Shown here: in pieces, positions 17,058-25,332 of the stretch | Layout: every line of letters begins with the position of its first letter | Position numbering within the stretch: position 1 is the stretch's first letter | Notes under the pieces: model-generated | The model's input: the letters and a program-made list of their open reading frames with translations, nothing else | The model's database searches: none | Told to the model about the DNA's origin: nothing | Source of the DNA: a virus | Virus record (IMG/VR): IMGVR_UViG_3300027674_000001 | Coordinates: 1 to 64,000 of that record | Length of the DNA stretch: 64,000 bases | Reading direction: 5' to 3' (one strand) | Position numbers and translations under genes: made by a program

Positions 17058-17785
17058 AGCAACCCGAGACACCTGTGCCACCGAAGCCCGCACCACCCCG
17101 CAGTAATCTAATCCATCTCCCTGTTGGGGATCACGGATATACGCGAGGTAAGAAGGAACGCAAGCAGCATGAGCACTCGGTGGGGTACGGTACTGAGGAC
17201 TTCGATATTATCGATGAGTTAACCGTTAACCGAGATCAGTACTCAGTGGGGCCAGAGGACAAGTGCTTTAATCTATCTATGCTCGACTTCCCGTCCTTAT
17301 GCTCTATCGCGGTTAACGGTATCAAGGCTCGAATGGGGTTAAACAGTATTCGTATTGGGGTTCACACGATCATATCATGTTGCATAGCTAACGCCATTAC
17401 CATCATAGATAAACGAGATCATACACGGCAAACCCTAGAATCACGGGAGAGATTCGATCTCAGTAATCCCGACGCCGATGGTTATATAATCACTCAACTT
17501 AATAAGTGGTTCGATCAGTTTGCGGGGGAGATCGTGTTCAGCGGAGAACGGCAGAATATTAAATTGCCGCTTGGAGTGGGGTCTAGCTTGAGCGAGCTGT
17601 CAAAGGGGTTGGGGTTGGGCAATCCCACCATGGCAGTCATATGCTCTATGCTTACACTAAGTACTCAGTCGTCCGTTAATCGCCACCATAGGGCTGCCAT
17701 GAGCCGACACGTAGAGGACTTCTACCAGTTGATAAGAGTGAGGATAGATGGGATTGATGCGCTGATGGAGAGGTTTAACCTGTGA
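17021..17785 (+). CDS. Hypothetical protein (254 aa)
   Basis: Long ORF, somewhat AT-richer than its surroundings. It overlaps the upstream gene by 37 nt. No family recognised. Confidence 0.5.
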   Translation: MYGYRRAALVPIKQPETPVPPKPAPPRSNLIHLPVGDHGYTRGKKERKQHEHSVGYGTEDFDIIDELTVNRDQYSVGPEDKCFNLSMLDFPSLCSIAVNGIKARMGLNSIRIGVHTIISCCIANAITIIDKRDHTRQTLESRERFDLSNPDADGYIITQLNKWFDQFAGEIVFSGERQNIKLPLGVGSSLSELSKGLGLGNPTMAVICSMLTLSTQSSVNRHHRAAMSRHVEDFYQLIRVRIDGIDALMERFNL

Positions 17786-17891
17786 CTAGGAGCAACGTTA
17801 GTCACTCTAGTCATGTTCTAGGAAATGTGACTAGGATGACTAGCACCTATTCGATTGGCGTAAATGCGGCGTATTTTAGTCACTTAGTCAC
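17782..17891. repeat. Array of seven CTAGTCA(C/T)-type sites in both orientations
   Basis: GTGACTAG at 17782 and 17827, ATGACTAG at 17836, TAGTCAC at 17799, 17877 and 17885, TAGTCAT at 17808. All lie within a 160-bp intergenic gap. Confidence 0.85.
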
Positions 17892-17944
17892 GGATTACTC
17901 ACGCGCGCACGCGTACATTACTTCTCTAGAGGAGCCCCCAGCCC

Positions 17945-18466
17945 ATGAAGCCCACACCTAGAACCCCTAAGCGTGCAACCCGAGAGAGTAATCGCCCGAG
18001 TAACCGATGGTGGAAAATATGGGTAAGCGGGGAGTCTGATGACTTGATGGCAGTAAGGTACTATGGCACTAAGAAAGATGCACTAGATAAAGCAGCCGTG
18101 CATTTCTTGTGCCAGGTTAGCCATCTAGAAATAGTTGAACCCAAGCTAGCAGAAATAGTTGAACCCAAGCTAGCGAGTGTGGAGGATTGCTTACACAATC
18201 TTATCGACCATCCTCGACATTACACGAGCCACCCCAGCGGAGTTGAATGCATAACCATCATCGAACACTTCACCCATAACGTTGGCGCGGCGATTAAATA
18301 CCTGTGGCGAGCGGGGTTGAAGTACCCGAGTAACACAATGACTTACGCTGAGATACAGGAGGCACGGCTAGAGGATTTACGTAAAGCCAAGTGGTACATT
18401 AACCGCGAGATTCAACGTAGACTAACAGAACGAGAGAACAAGGCGCGCGAGGTGGTGAATGACTAA
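17945..18466 (+). CDS. DUF3310-like phage protein
   Basis: HPRHYTSHPSGVECITIIEHF...AAIKYLWRAGLK matches the conserved core I associate with DUF3310. Contains a 24-bp tandem duplication at 18128-18175. Confidence 0.55.
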   Translation: MKPTPRTPKRATRESNRPSNRWWKIWVSGESDDLMAVRYYGTKKDALDKAAVHFLCQVSHLEIVEPKLAEIVEPKLASVEDCLHNLIDHPRHYTSHPSGVECITIIEHFTHNVGAAIKYLWRAGLKYPSNTMTYAEIQEARLEDLRKAKWYINREIQRRLTERENKAREVVND

Positions 18467-18764
18467 GCGGTTAACTGGACTAGGCTCATCCCCTCTTGAC
18501 GCCATTGGAGTGGATACTGGACCCGCTCACGATCACCCAGTAGATAAACTCCTGCGAGGTAAGGCGACAACGAGAGATTACGATAAGGAGTACCGTATAC
18601 CCCCATCGCTAGTGCCCCCCATCATTGCATGGAAGTGTACTAGGTGTAAGCGCATATGGAGCACAAGAAACACGCCCGAGATGGGAGTTATGCCATGTTC
18701 TGAAACCGGATGGGCGCACGAGATAGAACCCGTGAGAGCGCCAAGAGGTCAGGAAAGGAGTTAA
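18459..18764 (+). CDS. Hypothetical protein
   Basis: 101-aa ORF overlapping the upstream stop. Confidence 0.45.
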   Translation: MTKRLTGLGSSPLDAIGVDTGPAHDHPVDKLLRGKATTRDYDKEYRIPPSLVPPIIAWKCTRCKRIWSTRNTPEMGVMPCSETGWAHEIEPVRAPRGQERS

Positions 18765-18771
18765 CCCGCGC

Positions 18772-19143
18772 ATGAGCGACGATTTAACCTGCAACCCGAT
18801 ACCGATACATGACACACCTATAACCCCCACGCCAATCTACCGTGGAGAGTTATCCGAGGTACGCTCCCAACTCTCCGAGGTGCTAGCCAAGTTACAGATA
18901 GCCCCAGCTGGTGCCAGTGCCACACCTGCGCCGGTATTCTCCGTACTAGACTTCATCACGCTAATGTCCACCATCGAACGTACCGCGTTGGACGTGGCAT
19001 GGCAGAGTGTACCCAAGAACGCACCCACCGCGCAATTGACGGATTGGTTGACGCGGGCGGAGGTGGTAGCCAAGTACATGCGGCGGCGATTGGGGTTACC
19101 GGAGAGTGTGGTGCAAGCGCCGGTGCCGCCCATTACTACGTAA
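18772..19143 (+). CDS. Hypothetical protein (small terminase candidate by position only)
   Basis: 123-aa ORF immediately upstream of the large terminase gene. No motif support. Confidence 0.45.
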   Translation: MSDDLTCNPIPIHDTPITPTPIYRGELSEVRSQLSEVLAKLQIAPAGASATPAPVFSVLDFITLMSTIERTALDVAWQSVPKNAPTAQLTDWLTRAEVVAKYMRRRLGLPESVVQAPVPPITT

Positions 19144-19153
19144 CATTTGCCCT

Positions 19154-20641
19154 ATGCCTATTGCACCTCGCTCTACTGTCGAGCCTGTGCCCCCTCTTAC
19201 CTACGCGGGTGCTATACAGGAATTATCTCGCGCCGATCAATGGCAAGCATCCCTAGCCCGAGACTCCCTCCGCGATTTCATCAAACAGAATTGGACAATC
19301 GTAGAGCCCATTAAGAAGCTTATCTGGAACTGGCATCACTATGTATTCTGCGATGTGTTAGAACAGATTACCGCTGGCAAGATACGACGTATCGTAATTA
19401 ACGTGCCCCCAGGTAGCTCGAAAAGTCTTTTTGCATCCGTTTTTTGGCCAGCGTGGGAATGGGCTAAAGATCCATCTCTCCGCTACCTAACCGCGTCCTA
19501 TACCGATGCCAACACCATCCGAGATAACCGTAACGTTAGATTCATCGTTACCTCGGATAACTACAAAAAGTATTACTGGGCCAACCCCACCCACGTAGAC
19601 TTGGTGGCACTCGACGCTGCCCAATCCGCCAAGATTCGATTTGACACCACCGCTAAGGGTTGGCGTATCGCTACCTCTGTCGGCGGCATCGGTACCGGCG
19701 AGCACCCTGACAGAATTATTATCGATGATCCGTTGAAGGCTAAGGATGCCGACTCCGATGTAGAGTTAGCCGCGTGTCAAACATGGTTCGACGGTACTAT
19801 CTCCACACGTGGCGCGAGCGAACGAATCGCGATAGTGGTAATCATGCAGCGGTTACATAGGAGAGATCTAAGCGGGTATCTATTGGGTAAGGGTGGCTGG
19901 GATCACTTAATGCTCCCGATGAGATTCGATCCCAAGCGGGCCGATCCAAGGGACATGAGAACCCAACCGGGCGAATTATTGTGGCCAGAGTTGTGGACGG
20001 AAGCGAAGGTGCGACAAGAGGAGATAGACCTAAACCAATTTGGGGCCTCGGGGCAGCTACAACAAGATCCAGTACCAGCCGGTGGTGGCCTATTCAAACG
20101 AGAGTGGTTTACATTCGTGGATCAATCACCAGCCCGGTGCCGCCGATGCCGAGGATGGGATACCGCAGACACCCCCGGCGGAGGCAACTGGACGGTTGGA
20201 ACTAGGTTAGGGTACGATGATGAAATGGGCGACACCTACATAGAGCACAACATCCGAGGGCAATGGGGGCCAGGTGAGGTATCTACTAATATCAAGATGG
20301 CAGCCGAAATGGACGGGGTAGCATGTCTTATTCGCGAGGGCAGCGGGAGTGGTAAGGCTACAACCGAGGCGAGGGGTAAGATGCTAGCCCGGTACGATTA
20401 CGCCGCTGCCCCCGAGACTACCAAGACGGGTAATAAGATTCAACGAGCTAGCCCATTCCGTGCGCAGTGTGAGCTGGGTAAGGTTAAGATAGTGAGAGGA
20501 CCGTGGAATGAAATGTATATTGATGTGTTGTGTTCGTTTCCTGTTGGGGTTGTGGATGATGACGTGGACAGTACGAGCAACGCGTATAATGGACTCGTGG
20601 GAGATATGGAAGCAATGGATGGATTAGGGGTGACATGGTGA
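19154..20641 (+). CDS. Terminase large subunit
   Basis: Walker A-like VPPGSSKS, Walker B-like RIIIDDP, then the IVVIMQRLH segment and a C-terminal nuclease-like region typical of TerL. ATG 19154 is the first start after the upstream stop. Confidence 0.85.
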   Translation: MPIAPRSTVEPVPPLTYAGAIQELSRADQWQASLARDSLRDFIKQNWTIVEPIKKLIWNWHHYVFCDVLEQITAGKIRRIVINVPPGSSKSLFASVFWPAWEWAKDPSLRYLTASYTDANTIRDNRNVRFIVTSDNYKKYYWANPTHVDLVALDAAQSAKIRFDTTAKGWRIATSVGGIGTGEHPDRIIIDDPLKAKDADSDVELAACQTWFDGTISTRGASERIAIVVIMQRLHRRDLSGYLLGKGGWDHLMLPMRFDPKRADPRDMRTQPGELLWPELWTEAKVRQEEIDLNQFGASGQLQQDPVPAGGGLFKREWFTFVDQSPARCRRCRGWDTADTPGGGNWTVGTRLGYDDEMGDTYIEHNIRGQWGPGEVSTNIKMAAEMDGVACLIREGSGSGKATTEARGKMLARYDYAAAPETTKTGNKIQRASPFRAQCELGKVKIVRGPWNEMYIDVLCSFPVGVVDDDVDSTSNAYNGLVGDMEAMDGLGVTW

Positions 20642-20657
20642 AAGGAGAACTACTTCG

Positions 20658-20846
20658 ATGGACAACGTTGAACGGTTGAAACTGTACCCCCATCTGGTCG
20701 ATGAGTTGATAGCGCAAGTGGACGATTTACTTATCAACGAGGATTGCCCATGTGCGCGTACACATCGCCACCCATGCCCACGATGTAAGGTAACTATCGT
20801 GCAAGCACAGGAATTACTTCGGCGGCTCTGGTACAGGCGAGGGTAA
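20658..20846 (+). CDS. Hypothetical small protein
   Basis: 62-aa ORF after TerL with CPCA...CPRC Cys pairs. Confidence 0.45.
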   Translation: MDNVERLKLYPHLVDELIAQVDDLLINEDCPCARTHRHPCPRCKVTIVQAQELLRRLWYRRG

Positions 20847-20854
20847 TCTGGTCC

Positions 20855-20884
20855 TTGACACGGGCGCGGGCTCCGTGCTACGCT
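20855..20884 (+). promoter_or_regulatory. Sigma70-type promoter P5 (conserved family, 3' arm degenerate)
   Basis: TTGACA 20855-20860, 18 nt, TGC-TACGCT with the -10 at 20879-20884. Confidence 0.6.
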
Positions 20885-20892
20885 CGCCCACA

Positions 20893-20979
20893 ATGACCCT
20901 GCGACGGTTCTTCGGCAAGTCTCCCCCGCTGGTAGGGCGCCCCTCTCCCGTCCTGATGACCAGCGGGGGAGCTTTTTAA
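20893..20979 (+). CDS. Candidate 28-codon leader micro-ORF spanning the terminator hairpin
   Basis: ATG 20893 lies 9 nt after the P5 -10 element. The ORF reads through both arms of the hairpin and stops at TAA 20977-20979, inside the T-tract. Purely positional evidence. Confidence 0.25.
   Translation: MTLRRFFGKSPPLVGRPSPVLMTSGGAF
20921..20977 (+). terminator. Rho-independent terminator/attenuator
   Basis: 13-bp stem CTCCCCCGCTGGT 20921-20933 / ACCAGCGGGGGAG 20959-20971, followed by CTTTTT. Confidence 0.7.
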
Positions 20980-21008
20980 TTTCACCCCGTCAACCCTTGT
21001 CAATCCGC

Positions 21009-21422
21009 ATGCGCATCCCCGACATCAACGTAGTCGTCAACTTCTCCGAAGAGGACCGGGATTTAATCCGCTCGGTACTCATCGGGCTAACCAGACTGGA
21101 GATCCTAATGTCAAAGAATACCGATGCACTCGCCGCCTTGGAAGCCATTGAAACCACTCTCGCCGCCGATGAGGCTCTAGAAGAGAGCGACCTTACCGCG
21201 TTGACCGCTGAGGTTACCGCGTTGAAGGCTCAGCTGGCCACCGCCACCGCCGAAGATAACTCCGCTGAGATCGCCACGACTACGGCCGCGATTACTGCAT
21301 TGGATGCCAAGATCAAGGCGAGTATTGCAGCGGCGCAGGGAGCACTACCGCCAGCGCCACCCGTGACCCCTCCTGCTACAATATTGCCGCAGGGTATTGA
21401 CAAGGGGCGCGCTCCGGCCTAG
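21009..21422 (+). CDS. Ala-rich coiled-coil protein
   Basis: ORF with ATG 21009 (TTG 20997 is an alternative start). Long Ala/Leu/Thr heptad-like region and a Pro-rich tail. Confidence 0.5.
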   Translation: MRIPDINVVVNFSEEDRDLIRSVLIGLTRLEILMSKNTDALAALEAIETTLAADEALEESDLTALTAEVTALKAQLATATAEDNSAEIATTTAAITALDAKIKASIAAAQGALPPAPPVTPPATILPQGIDKGRAPA

Positions 21423-21425
21423 AAT
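21397..21425 (+). promoter_or_regulatory. Sigma70-type promoter P6
   Basis: TTGACA 21397-21402, 17 nt, TAGAAT 21420-21425. It lies inside the 3' end of the upstream ORF. Confidence 0.6.
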
Positions 21426-21432
21426 GGATCAC

Positions 21433-21804
21433 ATGAGCAGCTTCCTTTCCGCCGCCGCCGAGCAGCACCTCGCCCGCCTACAGCGAATCGTCTCCGCGGA
21501 GCGCATGTTGCGAGAGTACCCTGATCGATGCATGGCAATGAGGATGGCACTAGGGATGAAACGTCCTGCGCTCGCGGAAGCATTGGGAGTGACAGATGAC
21601 ACCATCGCGAACCGAGAGACGGGACGCCATTCACCTGTAGGGGAAGCAGCGGTGGCTCATCTTGAATACCTAGAGCGAGCCATCGAGATAACCCATACAC
21701 CTAGAGCAAGGGTCGAGGCAATCTATCGGGAGCTTTACATGGCGCGCGGTGGACCACCTCGAATACCGCGAGAGAGAACGAGCTACAATGAATGCTCCCG
21801 ATAA
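21433..21804 (+). CDS. XRE-family helix-turn-helix regulator, probably on a leaderless mRNA
   Basis: MKRPALAEALGVTDDTIANRETG is a classic XRE HTH. ATG 21433 lies 8 nt after the -10 element and has no Shine-Dalgarno sequence. Confidence 0.65.
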   Translation: MSSFLSAAAEQHLARLQRIVSAERMLREYPDRCMAMRMALGMKRPALAEALGVTDDTIANRETGRHSPVGEAAVAHLEYLERAIEITHTPRARVEAIYRELYMARGGPPRIPRERTSYNECSR

Positions 21805-22063
21805 ATCCTCCCTCGCCGCAGAACTAGACGCGGTGGAACGTGAGCGTAGATCCCTTCACGGCGGCACTCGATTAATCGGGTGGGTTCCTGACACCCGAAA
21901 CCAGGACACTCACACTCACCCTGATCGCTTAGTGCTGTCGGATCGCAACGGTAAGCCGGTCCATAAGGAGCAAGTCATCCGATCGCGCGATGGGAGACTG
22001 TACCGGATCGCGGGTGATGGTAGCCTACGGAGAATTAAACCCAACAGTGGGGGTAAGCCATAG
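21788..22063 (+). CDS. Hypothetical protein
   Basis: ATG 21788 within the listed ORF 21749..22063. It overlaps the regulator's 3' end by 17 nt. Confidence 0.45.
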   Translation: MNAPDKSSLAAELDAVERERRSLHGGTRLIGWVPDTRNQDTHTHPDRLVLSDRNGKPVHKEQVIRSRDGRLYRIAGDGSLRRIKPNSGGKP

Positions 22064-22419
22064 TGCCATTCATCCAAATCGACATGAGTGCTTTCTCTGG
22101 ACTCACTGGCAACTATAAAACCTACGTGGCGGCGTTCGTCGGCATCGTGGGTAATGCCCTCGCGGTGTTCCATGTCGTCACTCTCACGCCTGATCAACTT
22201 CTCTCGGCTAACGCGGTCGTCGGGATGGTGGTCGCTATATTCCTCCGAATGGGTGTGAAGAAGGCACAGGTGGCGGCGGCGGATGCCACGAGCGCCGCGA
22301 ATCGGGCCGCCACTACAGTAGCGATGGCCGCTAATTCAATACCAATACCTAAACCAGTGTCCACCGCTCTCCCCTCTCTCGCTGCTGACATGACAGAGCA
22401 TGCAGGTACCAAACTGTAA
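22063..22419 (+). CDS. Membrane protein with two predicted TM helices (holin candidate)
   Basis: Hydrophobic stretches YVAAFVGIVGNALAVFHVV and AVVGMVVAIFL followed by a charged tail. The holin call is positional and weak. Confidence 0.45.
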   Translation: MPFIQIDMSAFSGLTGNYKTYVAAFVGIVGNALAVFHVVTLTPDQLLSANAVVGMVVAIFLRMGVKKAQVAAADATSAANRAATTVAMAANSIPIPKPVSTALPSLAADMTEHAGTKL

Positions 22420-22439
22420 ACTGTAAGGGGTGCGCACTT

Positions 22440-22871
22440 ATGAGGCATACTATGCGAATTGTCACCATGGTTTCCACTGTGCTCCTACTTGGCATCGTCA
22501 CCCTTGGTTGTCGCTCGATCAACCCCGGGCCTCACTCCTACTGGATTGGCAGCGTCAAGGCCGATTGCGCTGCCCTCTACGACCCCACCACCAATCTGGC
22601 TTGGCACTGCGGTCATCCCCCGCCGCGCGCGGGCGCTGGCCACGCCTGCGGCCCCTCTTCGGACGAAACAGCCCAGCTGCAAGCTGAGCTGCTGGCACTG
22701 AGCAGCAAGCCCGGGGCGCCTTCCACCACGGGTGACGCCATGCGGACGCGCATCATTGAGCAGGCGCTCTCCGGCCCGAGATTCTGCCCCAGCCCAGATG
22801 TCTTCTGCGGGTACCCTGTCGATTGTAAACTCAATACGGCCGGGGTGGTGAACGTGGGGGCTAAACCGTGA
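22440..22871 (+). CDS. Cys-rich lipoprotein
   Basis: The signal peptide MRIVTMVSTVLLLGIVTLGC has lipobox L-G-C. RBS AAGGGG. The mature part contains about 7 Cys. Confidence 0.6.
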   Translation: MRHTMRIVTMVSTVLLLGIVTLGCRSINPGPHSYWIGSVKADCAALYDPTTNLAWHCGHPPPRAGAGHACGPSSDETAQLQAELLALSSKPGAPSTTGDAMRTRIIEQALSGPRFCPSPDVFCGYPVDCKLNTAGVVNVGAKP

Positions 22872-23219
22872 TCCTCATTCCGGCCTGCATCCTCTGCGCT
22901 CAGGTGTCGATCGGCAAAATCATTTTGCTGCCGCGACCAGCGTGCTTCACCTTCCGCTATGGTGGCGTCGAACTGCAAATTTGCGAGCATGGCGGTGCCC
23001 AGCAGGAGCAGGCGCAGGCCGCGCCGGAGGAAGGGCGATGAGGGCCACCTACGGACCTTTCCTGCCGTCCAAGACGAGACGGCGCTCGCGCAAGGCGATA
23101 CCGCGGAGGGCCGCTCCTGCGGTTGTCACGCTGGCGTTCCTGGCCGAGGCGTTCCCGCGCGAGCGCCGTGCGCTTACCGCTTGCAGGCGCGGTCTGGGCG
23201 TTCAGACGGGATACGAGCC

Positions 23220-23639
23220 ATGATGACCCGCGCCCCCTGCCTGCTCGCCCTCGCCGCCGCGTTGCTCGCCGGGTGTGCATCCACCCCTTGCTCTAATCCC
23301 ATACTATCCCACTCGCGCCATATCGATATCTCCTCTGGCACTGATATCCCAGGAGTAGTCTTGGGTGTGGTAGTCAACATGTGCGTGGAAACGGAGCGGG
23401 CTAATTGGGGTGCAGGTAAGCAAGAAGGCCGCCCCCACTGCTGGGTAAAGGTGAAGGTAGCACGGACGACGGGCGATCTAGGTTCTTGGTTTCGTGATTC
23501 CCGGTGGTTTGGCAATGACTGTAGCGGTGTGCCATTTAACCCTGGTGATCTCGTGTGGGTGCCGCTAGGTGCCGGTGTTATAACCCATAGGCGATACGAT
23601 TTTGACGCTATGGCCGCGCACGAAGCAGGCCACGAATAG
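23220..23639 (+). CDS. Lipoprotein ending in an HEAGH motif
   Basis: MMTRAPCLLALAAALLAGC has lipobox LAGC. ATG 23220 lies within the listed ORF 22959..23639. The last residues are AAHEAGHE. Confidence 0.55.
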   Translation: MMTRAPCLLALAAALLAGCASTPCSNPILSHSRHIDISSGTDIPGVVLGVVVNMCVETERANWGAGKQEGRPHCWVKVKVARTTGDLGSWFRDSRWFGNDCSGVPFNPGDLVWVPLGAGVITHRRYDFDAMAAHEAGHE

Positions 23640-23655
23640 GGCAGGGTCCCCAGCA

Positions 23656-24174
23656 ATGACGGGCACGCAACGTACAAAGCGCACAGGGCGCCGTGTTATC
23701 GATACCACTAGCACTGGAATACCTGTGGACGCTAGTGGCGGTCCAACCATTGACCCCACCGCCAATGTCCTCAACTTGGTAGAGGCGGCTATCCAACGCC
23801 AGGACGACCTCCGCAATCTTACCGAGAGATACGCTAAGGATTTATCGGATCTCCGCGAACGGTATCAGGAGAAATTAGCTGAGGCCGAATCTAAGCGGGT
23901 AGACGCCAACGCTCTCGCAGAATCGCGCCGAATAGACGCCTTGCTCGCTGCTAGCCAGAACGCTGTAACCCTTGCCTCAATCGAGGGTAAAGGTACTGCT
24001 GCCGCTCTCGCCGAGCGAGTGGATGCCTCAGCTAAAGCCCTAGCCCAAGGTAGCGGACGTGATCTTGGTATGGGTATGGGCATGAAAATGGTTATTGGGT
24101 TTGTGGCGTTATTCGGGACCCTGATGACTCTCGCCGGTGCGGGTGTTCTACTGTGGACGATATTACACAAATAG
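23656..24174 (+). CDS. Coiled-coil protein with a C-terminal transmembrane anchor
   Basis: ATG 23656. Charged heptad-like central region. C-terminal MVIGFVALFGTLMTLAGAGVLLWTIL. Confidence 0.55.
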   Translation: MTGTQRTKRTGRRVIDTTSTGIPVDASGGPTIDPTANVLNLVEAAIQRQDDLRNLTERYAKDLSDLRERYQEKLAEAESKRVDANALAESRRIDALLAASQNAVTLASIEGKGTAAALAERVDASAKALAQGSGRDLGMGMGMKMVIGFVALFGTLMTLAGAGVLLWTILHK

Positions 24175-24184
24175 GCACAGTACA

Positions 24185-24511
24185 TTGGACTCTTATAAAT
24201 CCCGCTGGTGTAAGTGCCATCGATGCCCTCAAGGCCAACCCCCTTGCATCGGTGCGGACTGTCTATGGTTCGGGGATAATCTAGTCAAGTCCATCGTAGC
24301 CGCAGAGGATGCTGACAGGGGAGAACGAGAGCGAGTCAACCGGGGCGGGGCCAACACTAGTGTACGCCAAGCCAACGAAGCGCGACGTGCCTCTGCTTTA
24401 GCTCGTGCTCGTACTCAAGCAGAGGATAGCGGATTCCAAGTGGAGCGGGGCCGAGATGGCGAGTATATTGTAACGGAGAAGGATGGGAGTAAGCGAGTGG
24501 TGAAGATGTGA
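24185..24511 (+). CDS. Hypothetical basic protein, start uncertain
   Basis: TTG 24185 is the first in-frame start after the upstream stop; the listed ORF begins at 24137. Cys-rich N-terminus and Arg/Ala-rich middle. Confidence 0.4.
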   Translation: MDSYKSRWCKCHRCPQGQPPCIGADCLWFGDNLVKSIVAAEDADRGERERVNRGGANTSVRQANEARRASALARARTQAEDSGFQVERGRDGEYIVTEKDGSKRVVKM

Positions 24512-25332
24512 TACCTGATAAGGATAAGGTTCATTGTGTTATGTTCTCGGGTGGAATAAGCTCGTGGGCCGCTGCTTGGCGCGTTCGTGAACGCTATCCC
24601 GACTGTGGTATTATTGCCCTGTTCGCAGATACCAACATGGAAGACGAGGATTTGTACCGATTTCTGGATGAGGCAGCCGACTCTGTGGGGGCGTGTCTTA
24701 TAAAGATATCTGATGGCCGCACTCCTTGGGAAGTGTTCCGAGACGTGAGGTTCTTGGGAAATAGTAGAGTAGACCCATGCTCCAAGATACTAAAGAGAGA
24801 CTTACTAGATAAGTGGAGAAATGACAACTTGGAACGAGACGCCACTATCCTATACGTCGGCATAGACTGGACAGAGCAGCACAGATACCAGAATGTTAAG
24901 GGGCGCATGTACCCATGGAGAGTAGATGCACCCCTATGTGAGCCACCATATTTCAGTAAGAACCGAGCCCGTGATTTACTTCTAGAAATAGGTATCCAGC
25001 CCCCACGATTGTACAGCTTGGGGTTCTCTCATAACAACTGTGGCGGATTCTGTATTAAGGCTGGACATGCTCACTTTGCTAATCTATTACGGACAATGCC
25101 AGATAGGTATGCTTACCATGAGGGTAAAGAAGAGGAAATTAGACAACAGCTCGGCAAAGATGTGTCTATCCTGGTTGATAGGGCAGGCGGCACTAAGAAG
25201 CCCATGACACTCAAAGACTTTCGCGAGAGAATTACTTGCGGGGAGGATTATGACAGATATGACATTGGCGGTTGTGGGTGCTTCTCTGGCCCAGTAGACG
25301 CAATCCCTAGCGAGTCCCTACCGTTGACCTAG
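24508..25332 (+). CDS. PAPS-reductase/PP-loop ATP-pyrophosphatase family protein
   Basis: N-terminal PP-loop VMFSGGISSWAAAW, then the conserved-looking D..R.LGNSRVDPCSK and Cys clusters NNCGGFC and GGCGCF. Confidence 0.75.
   Translation: MIPDKDKVHCVMFSGGISSWAAAWRVRERYPDCGIIALFADTNMEDEDLYRFLDEAADSVGACLIKISDGRTPWEVFRDVRFLGNSRVDPCSKILKRDLLDKWRNDNLERDATILYVGIDWTEQHRYQNVKGRMYPWRVDAPLCEPPYFSKNRARDLLLEIGIQPPRLYSLGFSHNNCGGFCIKAGHAHFANLLRTMPDRYAYHEGKEEEIRQQLGKDVSILVDRAGGTKKPMTLKDFRERITCGEDYDRYDIGGCGCFSGPVDAIPSESLPLT

Noticed and set aside
22613-22990. 125-aa minus-strand ORF with a signal-peptide-like upstream extension
   Set aside because: No start codon precedes the hydrophobic segment. The ORF runs antisense through the 3' half of the lipoprotein gene 22440..22871. 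It is kept only as part of the finding on the unassigned GC-rich region.
23174-23677. 167-aa minus-strand ORF
   Set aside because: It is antisense to the lipoprotein gene, which has a clear signal peptide and lipobox. Its composition is typical of a shadow ORF.
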